From Mycobacterium tuberculosis H37Rv (lineage in GTDB: Bacteria > Actinomycetota > Actinomycetes > Mycobacteriales > Mycobacteriaceae), in NCBI RefSeq assembly GCF_000195955.2, contig NC_000962.3, positions 4,230,001 to 4,262,000 of the forward strand: DNA of 32,000 nucleotides, read 5' to 3'. Under the pieces are notes generated by a model. It was not told the origin of the DNA. It ran no database searches and saw only the letters and a list, made by a program, of their open reading frames with translations. Each line of letters begins with the position of its first letter. Position 1 is the stretch's first letter. The position numbers and the translations under genes were made by a program. This document shows, one piece after another, positions 1 through 7,931 of the stretch.

Positions 1-100
1 GCGGCACTGGCTGGTGGTGCTGGTGTTGACCGTCGTCGGCTGGATGCTGGCGGCGTTCGCGATGCGGCAGTATCGCGCGCGGGTGCCCTACTGGGTGTAG
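1..100 (+). CDS. rfbD: 3' end (last 32 codons) of a membrane-protein gene running in from upstream; by remembered gene order this is the ABC-2 type polysaccharide-export permease Rv3783
   Basis: Frame from nt 2 is open from the window edge: RHWLVVLVLTVVGWMLAAFAMRQYRARVPYWV*, ending at TAG 98-100. The tail is hydrophobic and TM-like. Identity rests only on remembered synteny upstream of Rv3784. Confidence 0.45.
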   Translation, partial: RHWLVVLVLTVVGWMLAAFAMRQYRARVPYWV

Positions 101-255
101 GGACTATTCCGGCGGCTATAGCCGACCGGCTTCTTTCACGCGGCTTGCGCGTGACGGGCCGCCGTTGATCTCAAGATCGGCTGGCAACGGCCGCGTACCA
201 GCGGCAGCATGGATTAGGTTCACCGTTTGCCGATGAGGCTCAGAGGGCGGGACGG

Positions 256-1236
256 ATGGAAATACTTGTCACCGGGGGCGCGGGCTTCCAGGGAAGCCAT
301 CTGACCGAGTCACTGCTGGCCAATGGGCATTGGGTCACTGTCCTCGACAAGTCTTCGAGGAATGCGGTTCGTAACATGCAGGGATTTCGTTCGCATGACC
401 GCGCCGCGTTCATATCCGGTTCGGTAACCGACGGCCAGACGATCGACCGCGCGGTGCGGGACCATCACGTCGTATTTCACCTGGCCGCGCATGTCAACGT
501 GGACCAGTCCTTGGGCGACCCGGAGAGCTTTCTCGAAACCAATGTCATGGGAACCTACCGCGTCCTGGAAGCCGTCCGGCGCTACAGGAACCGCTTGATA
601 TACGTATCGACGTGCGAAGTCTACGGCGACGGACACAATCTCAAGGAAGGCGAACGACTTGACGAACACGCGGAGCTGAAGCCGAACAGTCCATATGGCG
701 CTTCCAAGGCGGCGGCCGACCGCTTGTGCTACTCGTACTTTCGCTCCTACGGACTCGACGTCACGATCGTCCGTCCGTTCAACATCTTCGGCGTCCGCCA
801 AAAGGCTGGGCGATTCGGCGCGCTGATTCCGCGGCTGGTCCGCCAGGGCATCAACGGTGAAGGCCTGACAATCTTCGGCGCAGGTAGCGCAACCCGGGAT
901 TACCTGTATGTCAGTGACATCGTGGGCGCGTACAACCTGGTATTACGAACTCCAACCCTGCGTGGTCAGGCCATCAATTTTGCCAGCGGGAAAGATACCC
1001 GGGTGAGGGACATCGTCGAGTATGTTGCGGACAAGTTCGGTGCCAGGATCGAGCACCGCGACGCTCGCCCCGGAGAGGTCCAGCGCTTTCCCGCTGACAT
1101 TTCGCTTGCCAAAAGCATCGGGTTCCAGCCGCAAGTCGAAATTTGGGACGGCATCGATCGCTATATCAATTGGGCCAAGGATCAGCCCCAATACCCATAT
1201 GAGCAGGACGGGTTTAGCGGTTCCAGCGTTCTCTAA
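256..1236 (+). CDS. NAD-dependent sugar-nucleotide epimerase/4,6-dehydratase family protein (extended SDR), Rv3784
   Basis: 326-aa ORF. N-terminal Rossmann motif ILVTGGAGFQGSHL and catalytic YGASKAAAD (YxxxK). A GAGGGCGGG Shine-Dalgarno-like stretch lies upstream of ATG 256. Confidence 0.9.
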   Translation: MEILVTGGAGFQGSHLTESLLANGHWVTVLDKSSRNAVRNMQGFRSHDRAAFISGSVTDGQTIDRAVRDHHVVFHLAAHVNVDQSLGDPESFLETNVMGTYRVLEAVRRYRNRLIYVSTCEVYGDGHNLKEGERLDEHAELKPNSPYGASKAAADRLCYSYFRSYGLDVTIVRPFNIFGVRQKAGRFGALIPRLVRQGINGEGLTIFGAGSATRDYLYVSDIVGAYNLVLRTPTLRGQAINFASGKDTRVRDIVEYVADKFGARIEHRDARPGEVQRFPADISLAKSIGFQPQVEIWDGIDRYINWAKDQPQYPYEQDGFSGSSVL

Positions 1237-1319
1237 TACACCCGTCGCCGCCATCGTCTGCCGGTAAAGTGGGCCGAAATGGCGCGGAACTACCAGCTGG
1301 AAGGATTACCTCCCATTCG

Positions 1320-2393
1320 ATGGTGACCGTAGCACGCCGACCGGTGTGCCCGGTGACGCTGACACCGGGTGACCCGGCGCTAGCGTCGGTGCGCGACCTG
1401 GTCGACGCGTGGAGCGCGCATGATGCGCTGGCAGAGCTGGTCACGATGTTCGGCGGCGCGTTTCCGCAGACGGACCATCTGGAAGCGCGGCTGGCGAGCC
1501 TGGACAAGTTCAGCACGGCATGGGACTACCGGGCGCGCGCACGTGCAGCACGAGCGCTCCACGGCGAACCGGTGCGGTGCCAGGACTCCGGCGGTGGGGC
1601 GCGATGGCTGATCCCCCGCCTGGACTTGCCGGCCAAGAAGCGGGACGCGATCGTCGGGTTGGCGCAGCAGCTGGGGCTCACCTTGGAATCGACCCCGCAG
1701 GGAACAACCTTCGACCACGTTCTAGTCATCGGCACCGGACGTCATTCCAACCTGATCCGGGCCCGCTGGGCCCGGGAATTGGCAAAGGGTCGCCAGGTTG
1801 GTCACATCGTGCTCGCCGCCGCATCGCGTCGATTGCTGCCCTCCGAGGATGACGCGGTCGCGGTCTGTGCGCCGGGCGCACGCACCGAATTCGAGCTATT
1901 AGCGGCCGCGGCAAGGGACGCATTCGGCCTGGACGTCCACCCAGCGGTGCGGTATGTGCGCCAGCGGGACGACAACCCGCACCGGGACAGCATGGTGTGG
2001 CGCTTCGCCGCCGACACCAATGACCTAGGCGTTCCGATCACCCTGCTGGAGGCGCCATCGCCGGAGCCCGACAGCAGCCGCGCCACCTCGGCCGACACCT
2101 TCACGTTTACCGCACACACGCTGGGTATGCAGGACTCAACGTGTCTGTTGGTGACCGGGCAACCGTTCGTGCCCTACCAGAACTTCGACGCACTGCGAAC
2201 TCTGGCGCTGCCCTTCGGGATACAGGTGGAGACAGTGGGCTTCGGCATCGACCGCTACGACGGGCTGGGTGAGTTGGACCAACAACACCCTGCCAAGCTG
2301 CTGCAGGAGGTCCGCTCGACGATCCGAGCGGCCCGAGCCCTGCTGGAACGGATCGAGGCCGGCGAGCGCATGGCTACCGATCCTCGGCGGTGA
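1320..2393 (+). CDS. Conserved hypothetical protein (Rv3785), function unknown
   Basis: The track ORF is 1269..2393. I prefer ATG 1320 (MVTVARRPV...) because GGAAGGA lies about 14 nt upstream, whereas GTG 1269 has no SD. I could read no diagnostic catalytic motif. The 3' end overlaps convergent Rv3786c by 20 nt. Confidence 0.65.
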   Translation: MVTVARRPVCPVTLTPGDPALASVRDLVDAWSAHDALAELVTMFGGAFPQTDHLEARLASLDKFSTAWDYRARARAARALHGEPVRCQDSGGGARWLIPRLDLPAKKRDAIVGLAQQLGLTLESTPQGTTFDHVLVIGTGRHSNLIRARWARELAKGRQVGHIVLAAASRRLLPSEDDAVAVCAPGARTEFELLAAAARDAFGLDVHPAVRYVRQRDDNPHRDSMVWRFAADTNDLGVPITLLEAPSPEPDSSRATSADTFTFTAHTLGMQDSTCLLVTGQPFVPYQNFDALRTLALPFGIQVETVGFGIDRYDGLGELDQQHPAKLLQEVRSTIRAARALLERIEAGERMATDPRR

Positions 2394-3597
2394 TGGTGCA
2401 TGGCGTGGCCGGCGGGTAGCTGCCCGATACGGCTCGCAACCGTCCCGGTGGCGGCCACGGCCGTAGTCCCATGTTGGCTAGGTACCGCACCGGATTGACA
2501 TGCCCGTCCTGCGTGCGGACCTCGAAATGCAGATAACCATCTGCCGATTCGCCTTGCGCACCGATGGTGCCCAGTTGCGCTCCCGCGGCGATTCGATCAC
2601 CAAGGACAAGGCGGCCCTCGTCCCCGGGCCGAAATACATAGACAACGTCGAGCTCGCAGCGTGCGATCGTCAGCGACACCAGGCCATCGACCTCGTCGAT
2701 CGCGCTGACGGCCCCGGAAGCGACCGCGTAGACGGGTGTTCCCGGATCGGTGGCGAAGTCGACACCGGGATGGAAACCACCCGCGTGCGGACCGTACCCG
2801 CGGCCGATCGCGCGCGGCTCCCGGTCGATCGGCAGCCGCCCGCCCGGCTCGAGCGGATCGAAGTCGCCGCGGATGCGCCGCCGGTAGTCGGCTTTGAGCA
2901 GGTCGACCTCGTCGAGTGCGTAGCCAAACAACAAAGATCGGTCGTAGGCCACCCCGAAGTTGAACCGATAGTCCGGATCGAGCCGCAGATAGTGCTCCAC
3001 CCTCAAGATCCGTTCCGCCAGCGTCGACCAGCCGCTATGCACCAGCCGAACCCCCGGAAGCTGTCCGATGCGACCGTGATCGGTGATGTTGGCCGGCCAA
3101 TGCGGGTTGTGCATCAGCTTGCCGCCTGCCCGCAGACCCGGGTACCAGCGCCACAACGGTCCACGTAGCGCTTCGGCGGTTCCCATCACCGGAATCAGGT
3201 CGGGATACTCCGGATCATCCCAGCGTGACACCATCGGACACATCAGCGCCACGATGTCGTCCGGTGTGCGGGCTAACACCGCCCGAAGATCGATGTCGGT
3301 CTCGACCAACCAATCGGCATCGACCATCATCACCCAGTCCGGGCGGCAGAAGTCCGCCATCCGATACAGCAGTTCCAGCCCGGCGGACTCAGGAATCAGC
3401 CATGGCGTGGGCGGCAGATCTGGTCGGGCCCGCACCACGTTCGTCACCGCAGGATGGTTCGCCAGGATCTCGGCGGTGTCATCGGTGCTGCGGTCGTCGA
3501 TCACGTAGATGTCGTCGCTGAACACGGCCAACGAGTCCAACGTTGCGGCTAGTGTCCGCCCGGCGTTGTGCGCACGCGTCATCGCCAGAATCCGCAT
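2374..3597 (-). CDS. Two-domain protein (Rv3786c): N-terminal GT-A/GT2-like glycosyltransferase fused to a C-terminal M23 (LytM)-like domain
   Basis: 407-aa ORF. The N-terminus has GT2-like [11 protein letters not shown] and an acidic VDAD motif. The C-terminus has HPGVDF (HxxxD, H276/D280), [12 protein letters not shown], and YLHFEV in place of HLHFE. GAGAGG SD precedes ATG 3597. No signal peptide or TM segment at the N-terminus. Confidence 0.8.
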   Translation of the reverse strand: MRILAMTRAHNAGRTLAATLDSLAVFSDDIYVIDDRSTDDTAEILANHPAVTNVVRARPDLPPTPWLIPESAGLELLYRMADFCRPDWVMMVDADWLVETDIDLRAVLARTPDDIVALMCPMVSRWDDPEYPDLIPVMGTAEALRGPLWRWYPGLRAGGKLMHNPHWPANITDHGRIGQLPGVRLVHSGWSTLAERILRVEHYLRLDPDYRFNFGVAYDRSLLFGYALDEVDLLKADYRRRIRGDFDPLEPGGRLPIDREPRAIGRGYGPHAGGFHPGVDFATDPGTPVYAVASGAVSAIDEVDGLVSLTIARCELDVVYVFRPGDEGRLVLGDRIAAGAQLGTIGAQGESADGYLHFEVRTQDGHVNPVRYLANMGLRPWPPPGRLRAVSGSYPPATPCTITAEDR

Positions 3598-3609
3598 GCC
3601 GCCTCTCTA

Positions 3610-4536
3610 TCACCCCAGAACACAGGTCCAGTAGTTGGGTCTGTCCGCCAATCCAGCGGGAAGGGCGGGCGCCGCGGGCAGATCGTGGGCGGCCAGCAGC
3701 TGCGCGGTGGTGGTCCCCACCGAGCGCCATCCGTGGTTGTCCAGGTAGCCGGACACCTCGTGGCGGGGGCCGGCATAGTTGAGTGCCCAGATGTCCAGAT
3801 GAAAGCCATGCTCTCGCCAGCCTCGGGTCGCGGTGCGGATCATCTCTTCCACCCGAGCGGAATCCCGATCCGCAGAACCGAGGAAGGCCTCGAGGGCCAG
3901 CCGGCTCCCGGGCGCGCTCAAGTCGGTGACGTGGTCCAGCAGACGATTCTGCGCGTCCGGGGGAAGGTATCCGAACAAACCCTCGGCGATCCACGCGGCC
4001 GGCTCGGCCGCATCGAAGCCGCCGCGGCGCAGCGCATCGGGCCAATCGTGACGCAGGTCGGCCGGCACCATCCGCAGATCCGCGGTCGGCTGGGCACCCA
4101 AGCCGGCGAGCGTTTGAGCCTTGAACTCGAGCACCCGAGGCTGATCGACCTCGAACACCGTCGTATCCGCCGGCCATGGCAGCCGGTACCCGCGTGCGTC
4201 GAGCCCCGACGCCAGGATCACCGCTTGCCGAACGCCGGCGGCGGCCGCGTCCAAGAAGAACTGATCGAAGTAGCGGGTGCGCACCACCAACTCGGTCGTC
4301 ATTCGCTGCAAGCCCCAGGCCGCGTCGGGGTCGTCCACATCGGCAGCATCCAGTTCTCCGGTTGCCCATCGGGTGAGGAACTCGACACCCACGGCACGAA
4401 CCAACGGTTCGGCGAACGGGTCGTCGATGAGGGGCTGGGCCGCCCTGGCCGCCCTGGCCCTTCCCGCGGCGACCAGCGTGGCGGTCGCGCCGACACCGGT
4501 GGCTAGGTCCCAGCTATCGTCGTCGGTACGCGCCAC
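3610..4536 (-). CDS. SAM-dependent (Lcmt/TcmP-like) methyltransferase of the mycobacterial paralogue family, Rv3787c
   Basis: The track ORF runs 3610..4707. I call the start at GTG 4536 ([27 protein letters not shown]...), the characteristic N-terminus of this family, giving 308 aa. Contains [14 protein letters not shown], a SAM-binding type motif. It lies 12 nt upstream of Rv3786c, suggesting an operon. Confidence 0.8.
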   Translation of the reverse strand: MARTDDDSWDLATGVGATATLVAAGRARAARAAQPLIDDPFAEPLVRAVGVEFLTRWATGELDAADVDDPDAAWGLQRMTTELVVRTRYFDQFFLDAAAAGVRQAVILASGLDARGYRLPWPADTTVFEVDQPRVLEFKAQTLAGLGAQPTADLRMVPADLRHDWPDALRRGGFDAAEPAAWIAEGLFGYLPPDAQNRLLDHVTDLSAPGSRLALEAFLGSADRDSARVEEMIRTATRGWREHGFHLDIWALNYAGPRHEVSGYLDNHGWRSVGTTTAQLLAAHDLPAAPALPAGLADRPNYWTCVLG

Positions 4537-4779
4537 GGATCCATCTTCGGCCCGGTCCGGCCGCCAACGCTCCGCTGTCGACCCGAACAACCGGTTACAA
4601 CTGCGTGACGAATATCGATGACGGCTGCACCTTAAGGGTGTAACACTGAAGCGCCACGAATCCGATTTATCGTCCTGTGGTGATCGGTGAAACGGCACCC
4701 ACAGCACGCTATTAGGTAAACAGCTATCCGGGCGCAGGCGACAACGCAGTCACCGAAGCGCCGCGAAAGGTCGGCGGAC

Positions 4780-5265
4780 GTGAGCGAGAAAGTCGAGTCA
4801 AAGGGGCTAGCGGATGCGGCACGCGATCACCTCGCGGCTGAGTTGGCCCGGCTGCGGCAGCGACGCGATCGGCTGGAGGTCGAGGTCAAGAACGACCGGG
4901 GCATGATCGGCGATCACGGCGACGCGGCCGAGGCGATACAACGTGCCGACGAACTGGCCATCCTCGGTGACCGGATCAATGAACTGGACCGGCGGCTGCG
5001 CACCGGGCCCACCCCCTGGAGCGGGTCGGAAACGCTGCCCGGCGGCACCGAGGTGACCTTGCGGTTCCCTGACGGTGAAGTCGTCACGATGCATGTAATC
5101 TCCGTCGTCGAAGAGACGCCGGTGGGCCGAGAAGCCGAAACCCTGACGGCGCGCAGCCCACTAGGTCAGGCCCTGGCCGGTCACCAACCCGGCGACACGG
5201 TGACCTACTCGACCCCGCAGGGTCCTAATCAGGTCCAGCTGCTTGCTGTCAAGCTGCCCTCATAA
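4780..5265 (+). CDS. GreA/GreB-like transcription factor homologue (Rv3788)
   Basis: 161 aa from GTG 4780, with GAAAGG SD upstream. N-terminal coiled-coil-like region (LAAELARLRQRRDRLEVEV). The C-terminal Gre-type domain carries SPLGQALAGHQPGDTVTY. Confidence 0.8.
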   Translation: MSEKVESKGLADAARDHLAAELARLRQRRDRLEVEVKNDRGMIGDHGDAAEAIQRADELAILGDRINELDRRLRTGPTPWSGSETLPGGTEVTLRFPDGEVVTMHVISVVEETPVGREAETLTARSPLGQALAGHQPGDTVTYSTPQGPNQVQLLAVKLPS

Positions 5266-5373
5266 TTCGCACACCGCACCAGGCTCGCCGCCCCCATTAG
5301 ACTTCCCCCGATGATCCGATCGGAGTCTGGTGCCGCGCCGCCACGCCAACACCTGCACCTGTCGGCACAGGTA

Positions 5374-5739
5374 ATGCGGTTCGTTGTCACCGGCGGCCTC
5401 GCTGGGATAGTTGACTTTGGCCTCTACGTCGTGCTGTACAAGGTGGCGGGCCTACAGGTCGACCTGTCCAAGGCCATCAGCTTCATCGTCGGCACCATCA
5501 CCGCGTACCTGATCAACCGCCGGTGGACATTCCAGGCCGAGCCCAGCACGGCCCGATTCGTCGCGGTCATGCTCCTCTACGGAATCACCTTCGCCGTGCA
5601 GGTCGGACTCAACCACCTCTGCCTCGCACTCTTGCACTACCGGGCGTGGGCCATCCCCGTCGCGTTTGTGATCGCGCAGGGCACCGCCACGGTAATCAAC
5701 TTCATCGTGCAGCGAGCCGTGATCTTCCGGATCCGCTGA
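5374..5739 (+). CDS. GtrA-like small polytopic membrane protein (Rv3789)
   Basis: The track ORF is 5311..5739. I prefer ATG 5374 ([18 protein letters not shown]...), a typical GtrA N-terminus, giving 121 aa with about four hydrophobic segments. It directly precedes dprE1. Confidence 0.75.
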   Translation: MRFVVTGGLAGIVDFGLYVVLYKVAGLQVDLSKAISFIVGTITAYLINRRWTFQAEPSTARFVAVMLLYGITFAVQVGLNHLCLALLHYRAWAIPVAFVIAQGTATVINFIVQRAVIFRIR

Positions 5740-5778
5740 GCCGGTCAGGGTCGAATCGGGCGGGTACCCTCTTTGACG

Positions 5779-7164
5779 ATGTTGAGCGTGGGAGCTACCA
5801 CTACCGCCACCCGGCTGACCGGGTGGGGCCGCACAGCGCCGTCGGTGGCGAATGTGCTTCGCACCCCAGATGCCGAGATGATCGTCAAGGCGGTGGCTCG
5901 GGTCGCCGAGTCGGGGGGCGGCCGGGGTGCTATCGCGCGCGGGCTGGGCCGCTCCTATGGGGACAACGCCCAAAACGGCGGTGGGTTGGTGATCGACATG
6001 ACGCCGCTGAACACTATCCACTCCATTGACGCCGACACCAAGCTGGTCGACATCGACGCCGGGGTCAACCTCGACCAACTGATGAAAGCCGCCCTGCCGT
6101 TCGGGCTGTGGGTCCCGGTGCTGCCGGGAACCCGGCAGGTCACCGTCGGCGGGGCGATCGCCTGCGATATCCACGGCAAGAACCATCACAGCGCTGGCAG
6201 CTTCGGTAACCACGTGCGCAGCATGGACCTGCTGACCGCCGACGGCGAGATCCGTCATCTCACTCCGACCGGCGAGGACGCCGAACTGTTCTGGGCCACC
6301 GTCGGGGGCAACGGTCTCACCGGCATCATCATGCGGGCCACCATCGAGATGACGCCCACTTCGACGGCGTACTTCATCGCCGACGGCGACGTCACCGCCA
6401 GCCTCGACGAGACCATCGCCCTGCACAGCGACGGCAGCGAAGCGCGCTACACCTATTCCAGTGCCTGGTTCGACGCGATCAGCGCTCCCCCGAAGCTGGG
6501 CCGCGCGGCGGTATCGCGTGGCCGCCTGGCCACCGTCGAGCAATTGCCTGCGAAACTGCGGAGCGAACCTTTGAAATTCGATGCGCCACAGCTACTTACG
6601 TTGCCCGACGTGTTTCCCAACGGGCTGGCCAACAAATATACCTTCGGCCCGATCGGCGAACTGTGGTACCGCAAATCCGGCACCTATCGCGGCAAGGTCC
6701 AGAACCTCACGCAGTTCTACCATCCGCTGGACATGTTCGGCGAATGGAACCGCGCCTACGGCCCAGCGGGCTTCCTGCAATATCAGTTCGTGATCCCCAC
6801 AGAGGCGGTTGATGAGTTCAAGAAGATCATCGGCGTTATTCAAGCCTCGGGTCACTACTCGTTTCTCAACGTGTTCAAGCTGTTCGGCCCCCGCAACCAG
6901 GCGCCGCTCAGCTTCCCCATCCCGGGCTGGAACATCTGCGTCGACTTCCCCATCAAGGACGGGCTGGGGAAGTTCGTCAGCGAACTCGACCGCCGGGTAC
7001 TGGAATTCGGCGGCCGGCTCTACACCGCCAAAGACTCCCGTACCACCGCCGAAACCTTTCATGCCATGTATCCGCGCGTCGACGAATGGATCTCCGTGCG
7101 CCGCAAGGTCGATCCGCTGCGCGTATTCGCCTCCGACATGGCCCGACGCTTGGAGCTGCTGTAG
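5779..7164 (+). CDS. dprE1: Decaprenylphosphoryl-beta-D-ribose 2'-oxidase (FAD-dependent), DprE1 / Rv3790
   Basis: 461 aa from ATG 5779; the track ORF starts two codons earlier at TTG 5773. I recognise the sequence as DprE1 ([22 protein letters not shown]..., FAD/PCMH-type N-domain). [10 protein letters not shown] contains Cys387 (TGC 6937-6939). Confidence 0.97.
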
Positions 7165-7929
7165 ATGGTTCTTGATGCCGTAGGAAACCCCCAGACGGTG
7201 CTGCTGCTCGGTGGCACCTCCGAGATCGGGCTCGCCATCTGCGAGCGCTACCTGCACAATTCGGCGGCCCGCATCGTGCTGGCCTGCCTGCCCGACGACC
7301 CACGGCGGGAGGACGCGGCCGCTGCGATGAAGCAGGCCGGCGCGCGGTCGGTGGAGCTGATCGACTTTGACGCCCTGGATACCGACAGCCACCCGAAGAT
7401 GATCGAGGCGGCCTTCTCCGGCGGTGATGTGGACGTGGCTATCGTCGCGTTCGGCTTGCTCGGCGACGCCGAAGAGCTGTGGCAGAACCAGCGCAAGGCG
7501 GTGCAGATCGCCGAAATCAACTACACCGCAGCGGTTTCGGTGGGCGTGCTGCTGGCTGAGAAGATGCGCGCTCAGGGCTTCGGTCAGATCATCGCGATGA
7601 GCTCGGCCGCCGGTGAGCGGGTGCGACGGGCGAACTTCGTCTACGGCTCCACCAAGGCCGGTCTGGACGGGTTTTACCTGGGGTTGTCAGAAGCGCTGCG
7701 CGAGTACGGTGTTCGTGTGCTGGTGATCCGGCCCGGCCAGGTGCGTACCCGGATGAGCGCGCACCTCAAGGAAGCTCCATTGACCGTCGACAAGGAGTAC
7801 GTCGCCAACCTCGCGGTGACCGCGTCCGCAAAAGGTAAGGAATTGGTTTGGGCGCCAGCAGCGTTCCGCTACGTCATGATGGTGTTGCGTCACATCCCGC
7901 GGAGCATCTTCCGCAAGCTGCCCATCTGA
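7165..7929 (+). CDS. dprE2: Decaprenylphosphoryl-2-keto-ribose reductase (SDR), DprE2 / Rv3791
   Basis: 254 aa. Glycine-rich [12 protein letters not shown] cofactor motif and YGSTKAG (YxxxK). ATG 7165 directly abuts the dprE1 TAG at 7162-7164. Confidence 0.95.
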
Positions 7930-7931
7930 GT

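Noticed and set aside
136-178. Small hairpin TCACGCG-GCTTG-CGCGTGA (136-154) and palindrome GATCT-CA-AGATC (167-178) between rfbD and Rv3784
   Set aside because: The hairpin has a 7-bp stem with no following T-tract; the T-rich run TTCTTT precedes it on the plus strand and would read AAAGAA after it on the minus strand. The second is a 5-bp-arm palindrome. Both are within what chance produces in 150 bp, so I cannot call them a terminator or an operator.
3479-4707. The long form of Rv3787c (start at 4707) and overlapping ORFs 3479..4369 (minus strand) and 3568..4506 (plus strand)
   Set aside because: The 57 extra N-terminal codons ([18 protein letters not shown]...) do not resemble the family, whereas GTG 4536 yields the conserved [21 protein letters not shown]-terminus. 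The other two ORFs are Arg/Gly-rich shadow frames.
4648-4767. Direct 13-mer repeat GAAGCGCC(A/G)CGAA (4648-4660 and 4755-4767) in the divergent Rv3787c/Rv3788 intergenic region. Also TTACAACTG / GTAACACTG-like half-sites near 4592-4648.
   Set aside because: These are short, GC-biased matches that I cannot distinguish from chance without a background model or cross-species conservation. The second copy overlaps the Rv3788 SD region. It might be an operator, but the evidence is insufficient.
5452-6543. 363-aa minus-strand ORF antisense to Rv3789 and dprE1
   Set aside because: It is a shadow ORF opposite two recognised genes, with no motifs.
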